In this document: in pieces, positions 27,272 through 41,099 of the stretch
How positions within the stretch are numbered: the stretch's first letter is position 1
How the letters are laid out: each line of letters starts with the position of its first letter
Source: Bugula neritina
Taxonomy: Eukaryota > Animalia > Bryozoa
Length of the DNA: 64,000 bases
Assembly: GCA_964035545.1 (NCBI GenBank)
Contig: OZ037773.1
Coordinates: 3,811,751-3,875,750, forward strand
Direction of reading: 5' to 3'
Notes under the pieces: model-generated
What the model was told of the DNA's origin: nothing
The model's database searches: none
What the model saw: only the letters and a program-made list of their open reading frames with translations
Made by a program: the position numbers and the translations under genes

Positions 27272-29303
27272 TTATATAACTTTTAAATTATTTCCATCGG
27301 AAGTGAGAGACATAGTTTTATCGGACAAAATTAGCGCGTAAGCTTGAGTATTAGCCGGCACGTTTTGACTAAATTGAACTCTCAATTGAATATCGGCTAC
27401 GCTATTTTTAAGAGTCTCGCTTTGCTTACTAACGTCTATTACGAACAAAGCGTAAAGATCTTTATATTCCGAAGGTAATACGTTTGAATAAGCGATTAGC
27501 TCGTTTATACCGTAATAATCTCCGCAAAATTTCGAAGCGTCTCCGTACACTCTACTAAACTTCATTTTAGCAAAATCTATATCGTAATCAACCTCGGGAT
27601 ACCGCTCACTATTTAACATCGCGTATACGCTTTTAACGTTAACGTGATCGAATACGGCGGGATTAGTAGTTTGACTTTCAGTCTTATTCGTTTGAAAACC
27701 TACAATAATATATTTAGGTTTTTCCGTATCGCCTCTAGAACCCAAACGCCACGTAAAGTTAGTAGTTTGCGGTACAGAAATACTATCGCACCATCTAGAT
27801 CTATATATCATTGGAAGTTGAGTTTTACTCTCTATAATCTTATAAAGCTTATTTTTCATTTCAAAACTGGGAGTTATATGAGGCATCCACCACGACACTT
27901 TATCCAACGTTATTTTTCCCGCGTCTACGCCATTAGCTCTATAAATGGCGTTATCGTTAGTATCGCGTACTAGCGTTAGTTGATGTTTTATACCATACAA
28001 AACTTTTTCATAATCATCGGCAAAACCAAACAAATGTCTGAGATCCACCTTAATACTAAAAGTTTCTTTAGGGTCGGGCTTTTGTATAATATAAATTTGA
28101 CGGGCGTTAAAACGTAAATTAGCGGCGGCAGCGGCTGCGGTAGTGTCTTTTGACCACAACTGGTTAAGACCTCTCGACTTGCCATAATCATCGGGATAAG
28201 TTAGCAAACCCATCATGGTCGAAGCGGTCCGGGATTATTTATATATTCCAAGTCGTGTCCGTCGAGTTGATATCTAATACTTTTAAACAAATAAGCCATA
28301 CCGTTATTAGTTAACGTTACTAAGTCGGCGTCGGCGTCACAGGATAGTTAAGGGCATCCTCACTAAGAATATCATAAATTTCTCTCAAAATGTAGTTCGG
28401 GTTCTTGAATAATATTGCTCTGCGGGTGGCATGCGTGTTGCCTACTTGTAATTGTTTAGCCTAAGATTAAACTACAACCAATAAGCAGCAACCTTCGTTA
28501 GGGCTGCGTTATCTATCAACATTCCATTATTGGTGCTACATAAACAAAGTACAAAGCAAGCTATTCATTATAGCCTGCCAGCTAGCTAGCCTGTAATTAT
28601 TATGTAGGCGCCAATATCTTCTCATCCCTACGTGCTCAGTGAAGCGTGAAGTGCTGCGCGCTGCTAGTTTCTTATGAGAAAATATGGCATTTTCAGTGTA
28701 TAAATCACCAATTTATGAGCAATCTAGCAGAGTTATTGAAAAAAGAAAAAAACTTACACTGGAGAAATATCTCAGGATTCCAGCAGTGCAATTTTTATTC
28801 AGATATCATGCTTTGTTGCTGAGATATTTTACTGGTACTGAAAAGTCAGCTTTTCAGGCAAAATTGGCCAAAATTCGGCAGTTTTTTGTCTATAACTTCG
28901 CAAAAAAAATGAAAATTGAAATTTCCAAAAAACTTACACTGGAGAAAAAGAAGATCTACAACATAGTTTTTAAATTTTGACTCTAGCTCAATTAGGTGAG
29001 ATTTTATTTTACTGGTACTGAATTCTTATATGATTACAATGCAAACCTCAGCAAGGCAGTTGCAGCTAAAAGGTTGCCCTTAACTATCCTGTGGTAAGCG
29101 GTTCCGTCATTTTTCGTTAAACGACCTTCGATAATCAAATAACTTTTACTCGGCTGAACGTACAAATCTTGTTGATTAATAACTATTCTAATTTCACCGG
29201 GGTTATCTAAATTCGTTCCAGTTACGGGTTCGTATTCGTGTACCTGATCGCGTTCTATACCCGTATCGGTTACAATTTTTTGTGTAATGTTTAAAGAGTC
29301 CAT
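27272..29303 (-). pseudogene. Major capsid protein (double jelly-roll), ~424 aa reconstructed; disrupted by a MITE and a 1-bp deletion
   Basis: 'YEPVTGTNLDNPGEIRIVINQQDLYVQPSKSYL' through 'KPKYIIVGFQT', 'LNSERYP' and 'VIDVSKQSE'. Removing 28338-29095 restores DGTAYADADLVT; frameshift at ~28228. Confidence 0.9.
28338..29093. mobile_element. Non-autonomous CACTA/EnSpm-like TIR element (756 bp) inside the MCP gene
   Basis: 23-bp TIR CACAGGATAGTTAAGGGCA(T/A)CCT, 2-bp TSD GT (28336-37 and 29094-95), internal ~180-bp direct duplication. Confidence 0.85.
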
Positions 29304-29324
29304 TTATTATAGTAAAATAATTTC

Positions 29325-29699
29325 TTAATAAGCTATAGCTTGGCCAGAACCTTCTAAAATATTAGCGATAGGTTGACTAATCGCGTTTAATACTTTTTGT
29401 CTTTGAGTATCATGACTAAGCGTTTTTAATATTTTTTGTCGTTTAGTATCATTAAGAGATTGACTAAGCGTGTTTAATACGACTCGATTTTTATCGTTTA
29501 ATTTTTGTTTTCGTTTATTTTTTACAGTGTTAATAAATTTTTAACCGGCCGCGTTACCGGCTTTAGCTATAGCTTTTTTACCTAATTCTCTTACGCTGGA
29601 ATTACTAGCTATTTTACTTACTACATTCCTAATGGTGTCAAATATTCTACCACCGGCGTAGTGTCTTTGTAATCGTTGTCTTTTATCGTAAACATACAT
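29325..29699 (-). pseudogene. Basic amphipathic virion protein (adenovirus pVI-like), missing from the ORF track because of an internal TAA
   Basis: MYVYDKRQRLQRHYAGG|RIFDTIRNVVSKIAS...; in-frame stop at 29541-29543; the frame continues to ...ILEGSGQAIAY*. Confidence 0.65.
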
Positions 29700-29702
29700 T
29701 TA

Positions 29703-30512
29703 TTATAGGCGTAAAAGAATGTTTTCGTATTGATTATGAGTAATTTCTTTCATTCTAAGTAATTCGTCTAATATAGCTACGATTTCGTTTTGTACTCCCG
29801 TATGTCCGGCTTGAACACTAGAAAGTAAAAGTTGAAGTCGTTCTACTAAAGCGTTAGGGTCTTGAGATAAATAAACTACTCCACCTCCCCTCTTAGATTT
29901 TTTACTATCGGCGAGTTTCGCTCTCTGAGGATATAATTGTTCCCAAATAGGTCTAACAATATTTTTCCATTTCCCACTATTTTTATCCACTGGACCGTGT
30001 TTACTTTGATATATAGCACCGCCGTTATCGAGTATATTAGCGTAATTCGCTAAATCATTATCATCGTATCCTATCGGCGTTTTACGCGTTAAAAGACTTA
30101 AAAGTTCTTTAGTTGCCGGATATTCTTCACCGTCAAAAATTATTTTACCATCGTTAAAGCTTATAGGTTTCGTACCAATAACGTGTTTATTACCGTCCCA
30201 CTTTACATTATAAGCACCGGGTTATAAGCCCGCTAAAGCGTTTTGCGTATATTCATCTAAATTTATAACTCCATCCGTTATAGCCGGTTGATAATTTGGT
30301 AATGTAACCAAATCTCGCAATTGTTTTAACGCTTCAGTCGTTTGAGCTTGAGAAGCGATTACGGGTTCAAAATATTTTTCTTGAGCCATTGCGGCATTTA
30401 ATTCTTGTTCACGTTCTCGTTTAAAATTTTCTTTTATTCTATTCTTTCGAGAAATAAAATCTTGTACAATTTTATCTCTTTTTATAGGATCATTAATCTT
30501 TAAATAACTCAT
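29703..30512 (-). pseudogene. Conserved Polinton/adintovirus coiled-coil core protein with an internal stop
   Basis: ORFs 30222-30512 and 29703-29990 are one frame split by TAA 30222-30224; C-terminal 'DPNALVERLQLLLSSVQAGHTGVQNEIVAILDELL'. Confidence 0.75.
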
Positions 30513-30526
30513 TTATTATATATTAA

Positions 30527-30643
30527 TTTGTGTCTACATTTGTGTCCACTTTTGTGTCTACTTTTATGGACACAAACACATTTGTGTCTACTTTACGTTT
30601 AATTTGTGTCTACTTTTGTGTCTAGTGTCTACATTTGTGTCCA
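30527..30643. repeat. Short TTTGTGTC(T/C)AC repeat cluster in the only sizeable Maverick intergenic gap
   Basis: About 8 direct copies plus one inverted copy (GGACACAAA). Confidence 0.85.
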
Positions 30644-32007
30644 CTATAAACGTTCTGAAACATTTAAATCTACCCACGAGTTTTGCGACTCGGGATAACC
30701 CAACCATTTTACTAAAGCCTTTTTACCTTTCTTTTTAATTACACGCTGTATTCTATAAATTTCTTGATTCGTCTTTTGTAATTCCTGTTCATAAAAAGAT
30801 CTTTGAATTTCTTCTCCTCCCGAATCAGTTAATTTATAAGTCGTTGGATTCGTATATAATATTTTACTTATCGTAAACACTTCCTCCGTCCATCTAACGG
30901 TATAACCTTTTCAAACGTTAGTTTCTTACGAGGTATACGCACTCTATCGCCTACAGCGAATTTAGGTTTAGAAGGCGCTGGTAAATTAGGATATAATTTC
31001 ATGCGTACTTTATTTTCGTTAGAAGGATTACTAGCTTCAATCAGTGTCATTCCGATAGACGAATGTTTAATCTCGTTATACCGTTTTACTAAATCTTTTA
31101 ATATGTCTATATATTTATAAGTATTATTCGCTGAAAAATATTTAAACATTCGCTCTTTCATAGTTCTATTCCACCTTTCTACTACGCTAGACTTTTCTTC
31201 ATTTTCCGTAGAATATAAGTTTATTAAGGACTTTACGTCTTTATTATAAAATTCTTTTCCCTTATCAACCCATAAACGTCGTGGCTTACGAAAAATTGTT
31301 TTTAAAGCTAAAGCAACGGCTTTACCGGTTTTATTTTTTAAAGGTATTATCCAACCGTATTTAGAAAACATGTCTATTATCGTTAATAAATATTTATAAC
31401 CATTATTAAATTTAGCGAATTCGGTCATATCAACCAAGTCAGCCGCCCAAATATCATCAATACCCGATACCCAAACTCGTCTTTTACGAAATTTCTTTTG
31501 TACCGGTTTATGCAATTCTTCGGCTAACTCATTAGTCCATCCCCATCCTAAACGTTTTTTCATTCCTATTATAGCTTTAGCAACGCGACTGTGTCGTTGT
31601 TCGGCTAACGTAGGATTAGGTATAGCGTTTAGTTCGTCTAACATATTTTTATCACATATTTTATTTCTAGTCTCGGTATCTTTATGAATCGCGTAACATA
31701 TATCGTGTCTCATAGCTATAGCGTCGTCTCGATCTACCGGTTTACTCCATTCTTTAGGAGTCATGTCGTCATTAAGACGTTTATTTAGTTTTGTACCTGG
31801 ACCTAAAAAATTGTGACCTGGATAATGCATTTCGACTGGTAAATTATTTATTAAGCTATTCGCTAAACCAGCTCCTCGTTTAATAAACGTAGTCTTTTTA
31901 CATCCACAATTAGAGCAATTACCGTAGCCCATTGGCTTATTATTTTTACTTAATTTCTCAATATAATTGAGAGTTTGAGTATTACGTTTACACTTTAAAC
32001 AATACAT
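30644..32007 (-). pseudogene. Zn-ribbon + parvovirus-type PLA2 + retroviral-like DDE integrase + chromodomain fusion; one frameshift
   Basis: CxxC..CxxC; 'FLGPG' and 'RHDICY'; DDE motifs 'WAADL', 'WVDKGKEF' and 'VVERWNRT'; chromo 'LVKWLGYPESQNSWV'. One A is missing at ~30908-30911 (FEKGYTVRWTEE). Confidence 0.9.
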
Positions 32008-32019
32008 TTATTATAGTAA

Positions 32020-32769
32020 ATGGACAATCAAAATTTATCTTGGAAACGTGAAATTAATCGTAATAATAATCCTTTACTTCCTAAAAGTATAAGAGGCGTT
32101 ATTATTGGTAAATCCGGATGCGGTAAAACTACATTATTATGCAATTTATTATTCCAACCCGAGTGGTTAGATTATAATAGACTTATAGTTTACGGTAAGA
32201 GTCTTTCTCAACCCGAATACGCTAATATGCGTAAAGCTTTCGAAACAGGATTATCTAAACAAGATATATTCGATATGTTTATAAATAGTAATGAAATAAT
32301 AAATGTAGATGACCTCTTAAAAGAATTAGGTAGTAATAACTGTAATATAAACGCAGAGTTTATAGAGTCTAACGAAGACGTATGCGATCCTAGTGAATTA
32401 GATGCTAACGATAAAAATTTAATAATATTTGACGATTTAATGTTGGAAAAACAAAAAACTTGTGAAAGTTATTACGCTAGAGGTCGTCATAATAATGTTG
32501 ATTGCTTTTATTTGCCTCAAAATTATTTTAAATTACCTAGACAAACTATTCGAGAAAACGCTAATTTCTTTTGTTTATTTCCACAAGATATGAAAAATTT
32601 AAATCATATATATCAAGATCATGTAGCGCGTGATATGCCTAAAAATGAATTTAAAAACTTTTGTAATAAAGGATGGCAAAAACCGCACGGCTTTATTACC
32701 TTAGATTTATCTTCCTCAAAAAATAATGGAAGATATAGACACGGATTAGACGAATTTTATATACCGTAA
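32020..32769 (+). CDS. A32/FtsK-HerA-type genome packaging ATPase
   Basis: Walker A GKSGCGKT, Walker B IIFDD, 'RGRH', 'IRENAN'. Confidence 0.93.
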   Translation: MDNQNLSWKREINRNNNPLLPKSIRGVIIGKSGCGKTTLLCNLLFQPEWLDYNRLIVYGKSLSQPEYANMRKAFETGLSKQDIFDMFINSNEIINVDDLLKELGSNNCNINAEFIESNEDVCDPSELDANDKNLIIFDDLMLEKQKTCESYYARGRHNNVDCFYLPQNYFKLPRQTIRENANFFCLFPQDMKNLNHIYQDHVARDMPKNEFKNFCNKGWQKPHGFITLDLSSSKNNGRYRHGLDEFYIP

Positions 32770-32772
32770 TAA

Positions 32773-33261
32773 ATGAGTGTTTATAAGTTTGGTAAATCAT
32801 TAGCAAAAGCTAAAGAAGAAAATTATATCGAAAGAGTCATAACTAAAAATAATGACGTTTTTATACAATCTTTTAGCGCAACGATTAATATAGGAATGTT
32901 ATTAGGATATATAGTGGATAAACCGATAGAACTAAAATACGCTTTATTAGAATTTCAACATCTTCCGGCTAATAATAATAATTCTTTATATTGGAAAGAT
33001 AAAAATTTAACTTTAATTATCGGTGATGTTAATAACCCTCTCAAACACGATACTAAAGAATATATAATTCAAGAAGGCGTTGCACGCGTAAAAATACCTA
33101 TGTTGGAATATATTGAGAGCAATAAAAATATTGGATTAGTATTACACTGCTCGAAAGATTATACTAGTCGTAAACCCGATGACATTATAGTTAATGACAA
33201 CGCGCCTATAGCTTTACCGTTTGAATTAGTGTCATTAAAACTTTACTACAATTATAAATGA
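32773..33261 (+). CDS. Maverick uncharacterised protein, YKFG paralog 3
   Basis: 'MSVYKFGK', 'SLYWKDK', 'ALPFELVSLKLYYNYK'. Confidence 0.75.
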   Translation: MSVYKFGKSLAKAKEENYIERVITKNNDVFIQSFSATINIGMLLGYIVDKPIELKYALLEFQHLPANNNNSLYWKDKNLTLIIGDVNNPLKHDTKEYIIQEGVARVKIPMLEYIESNKNIGLVLHCSKDYTSRKPDDIIVNDNAPIALPFELVSLKLYYNYK

Positions 33262-33915
33262 GTGTTTATAAATTCGGAGGAAGTAAAAAGCCACAAATAG
33301 ATACAAAAAAATTCGTTTTAATAGACGGTAGTAGTACTCTTACGGGTACGCTAGATATGGGGGAAAATAAAATATCTAGAGTCATTAATCCGGCTGACGA
33401 TCAAGACGCGGCTACAAAAAAATACGTTGATGATACGAGTATGCCTAAAATACAAAATCCCATTAATCAATTAACTATATCAACTAATGATGGACACGTT
33501 GTAGATAGCGATTTAAAAGTTAATGACGTCGTTACAAAAACTAATGTATCTAATTACGCCGTACCCCTTATACAAAATCCAACTAAAAAATTAACCGTAT
33601 CAACTACTTCGGGTAGCGTTGAAGATAGTAATTTAAGCGTTAATGACGTTGTTTACAACTAATAATATAAATAATTTCGCTATGAATAAAATACAACCGT
33701 CAATCGGAGGTAAATTATTAATGCTTTCGAGCGATGGTAGTATAGTAGAAACCGGTATAAATATTGTTGATCTTATTACAATACATAATATATACGGTTA
33801 CGCTATTCCTAAATTACAATCAGCGGTTGGTAATAAATTAGTATTATCAACGAGTGATGGTAATATAATAGAATCTACAGAATCTCAACCTACATTTCCA
33901 AGTTATAACGTTTAA
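33258..33915 (+). pseudogene. Fibre/spike-like repeat protein with a +1 frameshift at ~33651
   Basis: 'GTLDMGENKI...DAATKKYVD' trimeric-fibre motif and four ~40-aa repeats spanning ORFs 33258-33662 and 33643-33915. Confidence 0.65.
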
Positions 33916-33926
33916 ACATTATTGTA

Positions 33927-34398
33927 TAATAAATCATTATATTCTTAGCGTATAATAATTTATTTCTAATATTAAAGAAAGTTGAGCTAGAATATACAAT
34001 TTCTAGCTCACTTTTATATTGAGCCAGAATATACAATTTCTAGCTCACTTTTATGTATTGAGCCAGAATATATACTTTCTAGCTCACTTTTATATATACT
34101 TTCTAGCTCACTTTTTAAATAACGAAAATAAATTGAGCCAGAATATACACTTTCTAGCTCATTTTTTTAAATAATGAAACAAATTGAGCCAGAATATTCA
34201 CTTTCTAGCTCACTTTTATATATACTTTCTAGCTCACTTTTTATATTGAGCTAGAATATATACTTTCTAACTCAATTTTCAATAAAATATTAATAGAGTA
34301 GTAGAAAGTGGATGCGTTCTGGATAACTTTTTGACACCGGAGAGTCGAAGACTCGACCGGGGAAAAAAGTGAGCCAGAACCATCCACTTTCTACTACT
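33927..34398 (-). repeat. Right terminal inverted repeat
   Basis: Reverse complement of the left TIR; ~120 bp shorter in the repeat array. Confidence 0.95.
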
Positions 34399-37343
34399 AA
34401 TGTTCCTTATTTTACATTAGCGCTGGCTGGCATCTTCTTGCTATGTTATAATATAGCTGTTGAAAATGCTTCAGCACAACATAATTATTGGTTTGTTTGG
34501 CAAAGTTAATTTCAGCCAAATTTTCCACCCACCTCACTTTACAGTCTTGTCAGTAAGTGTCTGTCTATAGTGCAGCAGGTGTACTTTCAGTTTCTCTAAT
34601 CCACAAATATTCTAAGAACATTATTTTCCATGAAATCAATTTAAGAACTTTATAGAGCAAAAGAAGGTGAAGCATTCCTTAAACATGGCAAAAGCTGTTT
34701 TCTACAAACTTATATAAAGGTAATTTCAACCTAAAAGTGTAATCTGTTTTCCTGAGCATCACCAATATCTGCCTGTAGGCATTTCACTATTATGAGAAGG
34801 AATAGGCTGCTAGCAGCTGCCTATAACAATCTTGACAATTCAGTGCAGTAATTGAAAAGCTTTAATAGCCTAAGCTCTCTCATTTTCCTAATGAATTTTA
34901 GTTTCGGTGCAGGTTAAGAATAGTGCAAGAATGTAGCTCCTTTTGCTCTATATTCTATAAGAACTCGGGCTTTTCTTAATTTCTCTATTACTGCACTTCT
35001 CTCAATATTGACTTATTAGGCCTAAGGTTTAGCCCAGTGTTCGGTATCTAGTTAGTATGCATGTATGTTGTCTAACTGTTGAATTAAAAGTGAAAGAAAT
35101 CCTACAGATATAGCCATATTTACCCAATCACCAAGATTACACATATGAATGTACAGGATTTGCATAAGTTGGTAGGAAAATTTTTGCAGAGACCAGGAGT
35201 TGAATCGTGTCCTACAATGTGCTAGCCGGCGCTCTTATCCTCTGGACCACACAGGCTTTGCCAGTGGCAGAGCACTATATGAGTAATTATCATTATATAA
35301 ATATCTGGAGCCGCAGATGGGTATATAATTGTTAGGCTATATGTTGAAATGCTGATCTTGAATAACTAACCCAAAAATTGAAAAATAAGTAGCCTGCATA
35401 TTACTAGCTAAAAAAATAGGTCTGAAATAAACCAGTATAGCATGTTCTTGTCTATTAGAGTTTGCAGCTGTGCTCCAAAATATAAATTAAACTGTATGCT
35501 ATTTCATAAGCTTATGCATGCAAAAATGTGATGACAATACTGAGTTTGATGAAAACAACATACTTGAAGTAAACTTTGACAATAGTGTGTTATTTTCTTT
35601 ATACAGTAGCACGCGTAGGGCCTACAATCTATAGCATAACTCTCTAATCATATGAATCTTTATGAAGCCCACAGCTCATGTAAGGGTTGCGTCAATGTAA
35701 TTTGAAACTAAAAGTTATGACGCTGCATTGTCTTTAAGGTACATTATGGAGAAAAATTTGGTTTTGGTAGCCTACCCCAACGGCATTCTACAATGCAGCT
35801 CGTATGTTAGCAGTTGTAATAAGTACTTATAATAGCAAGGTTACTACCATGGCTATCTCTGTGCAGTATGTAACCTCTTGAATAATTGCGAAAAGTTTGA
35901 AATATTGGAAGTTTGCCATGTTATCATATCTCAGCCAGCCACCTGAGACAAAGCATCACAGTTATTCATATATTATACTGATACACTAGGTTATATTAGA
36001 TTGGCTCATCTAGTAATCTATTATAGTTCATCACCCTTTACTATGGGAATACAGCCTCTTTTTTTAGGTTTACCTAACAAACCATAGAAATATCTAAACT
36101 AATATTCTAATAATTTAGAGATAAATTTTGAAAACTAGGTTAATTGCACACGTTTGCACAACAACAATAATAGAATATATATTATGCAATATAATAAAAA
36201 ACACATATTATATAATATATTATAATGATAATAATATAATATTGTAGGTACCATTACTGCATTTTATAGCTCTGATGGTTGCCAAAGAAATTTATCACAC
36301 CAATTCTGTAATTACAACAAGGATTATGATAAGAAAATAGAATTAGCTAGGCAGCAGGTTGAAACAGAGTAGATTCCTAAAACATGAAATCATGATTGGA
36401 CAATTGTTTTATTTAGGCTAACCAACCTAGGAATACAAGATTGGGTTTTAACTGACAGGTCATAGCATGTAGCTTTTGAGCCAACAGCACTGGCACTTGT
36501 AAAGTATAAGCAAAGTTAGTGAAGCAAGACTAACCAGCACTCAAATACAGTATATTGAGATACAATACAAGTCAGGAGCATATAAATTAGAAAGAATGTG
36601 GAAGGGGGGACTATGTTTTTAATAAGTTATAACTTAAACATGAATTGGCTTTTGAAAAATTAAAAGAGTATATTGGAGAACATGAGTTTCTTAATTTTTT
36701 CATATTTTTTGTTGCAGTGACATTCAACCTGTTCGAGCTATCAGTGGAACATTGTTCAGCATATAGAAGTAAAGCATCTGGCAAAGAGCCAGAAACAGAA
36801 AAACATGACCTTAAACTAGCTGTGAGCTGAATTATAAAAAATAGCTAAAAACTGGAGATTTCTAGTGTGTATACTAAATTAAATATAATGACCCATATAC
36901 TAGTATACGGTTTATAAGTACCTATATTATAATTACGTAGGTTGTAAAGAGCTTCATGTGCGAGCACTAAGTTATGTTGTCACCTTGTCAAACTGTCATG
37001 TTTGATATGAGTGACATGTGCAGAAAAGTGATACCATGTTATAATGAAACTGCTGGTGTTATTAATCATAGCTAAAGGATGGATTTCCCAAGATGATAAG
37101 AGCATCACAAACCTAGCTGCTAGCTGACCTAGTAGTAGGTTATTAAAAACTGCTGGTGTCATCAGGTGCTTGAATGGAATGTATTTCGCTAAGATAAGAT
37201 CATCACCAACGTATCTACTATCAGGCCTTGTAGAATGATAAAGTATAAAGCTATAAAACCAGTTTCATTCTAGCAGCAGTGAATGGACAGGTGTGATTGA
37301 TCTAGTGGAGCATCTTCAGTTTAACCACTGATTGATTGTTACA

Positions 37344-40139
<2,796 letters not shown>

Positions 40140-41099
40140 GTTAGAAGAATACAGTAGGGACAACACAGACTTCTTCACATTTAATTTTAGAACAAAATAA
40201 ATCCCCTTTTTATCATTTTAATTTGTTTAAAATGATATGCCTAAATTAATTTTTAATAATCGGTGCACAATATTAGTCAAATGACATTTGCTTTATCAAT
40301 GTAAATGATAATGTAATGTGAATTAATATAATGATGTAGTTTTTATAATATATAATTTAGCACAATAAATTTATACATACTGCAACATAACCTGATAAGA
40401 GAGGGATAATTTCAACGCAGCGTATACTTTTAATGCACACAAAGAACATTGAGTACTTTGAACAATGCTCTAGTAGCCAAGCTACTAGAAGTACTCGTAA
40501 CTTAATAATTAGTGCTCTCAAAAATATTATTTTGCAACACAATAACTAAGCTTAGATATTCTGTAGTATGCTACGACATAGGGGATAGCATATTTCTCTA
40601 ACTAGAAAAGTGTGTTATTATACAAACAACAAATTGCTTCTGAATTTTGATCAAACTTGTTTTTTATTTAACATCCGACATTGACATATGCATAGAATTG
40701 GAGTTTTATAGTAATCCTCTAAAGTACAGATTGTGTATAGTTAGTTACCTATAGTAGCACAGAATAATGAACATGTTGTTGAAAAGTGCAGTTACAATAG
40801 CTGCCCTTCAAAAACTAGTAAGATACCAATCAAGTGGTCAAGAGTCAACAACTCTTATTAATCAAACAGATTACCATGAACATTGACAAATTTGTCATCT
40901 CACTTCACAAGACTGCTCCAGAGTGGCAGTTGGTGCAGCGTTGAGTTTACTAAATAGTCTTTGTGGTGTAATAGTTAACCCGCCTGCTTGCAAGTCTGAG
41001 GCCTGTGATTCAAATCCCAGTAAGGGCAAAATTATTTTATAGTTTGACCAAAAAATGTAAGATTATTTCATATGCTTCAATCATCACTCATTGGCATCA

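Larger units (their letters stand above)
19017..34398. mobile_element. Complete Maverick/Polinton (adintovirus-like) endogenous virus, 15,382 bp, partly degenerate
   Basis: AGTAGT...ACTACT termini; 6-bp TSD AATGTT (19011-19016 and 34399-34404); long TIRs; pPolB, rve integrase, packaging ATPase, adenain protease, major and minor capsid genes. Confidence 0.97.
18579..36894. mobile_element. Old non-autonomous TIR DNA element (~2.9 kb net) split by the Maverick insertion
   Basis: Imperfect ~70-bp inverted ends GGGTCA...GAAATCTCCAGTTTTTAGCTATTTTT (18579-18646 vs 36820-36894). The interval is absent at the paralogous position (~42345-42390) of the next cGLR spacer. TSD not resolved. Confidence 0.7.

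Noticed and set aside
28684-28980. 98-aa ORF as a Maverick gene or transposase
   Set aside because: Lies within the non-autonomous MITE, reflects its internal duplication and has no transposase motifs.
24565-30224. Stop-codon reassignment or readthrough in the Maverick (in-frame TAA/TGA in four genes)
   Set aside because: TAA is also the normal terminator of most element genes and frameshifts co-occur, so mutational decay explains it.
30900-30920. Programmed -1 frameshift between integrase core and chromodomain
   Set aside because: No canonical XXXYYYZ slippery site; the element has many other random lesions, so a 1-bp deletion is simpler.
34883-34998. Similarity to 45625-45740
   Set aside because: Looks like a diverged dispersed-repeat fragment with no coding or structural signal I could support.
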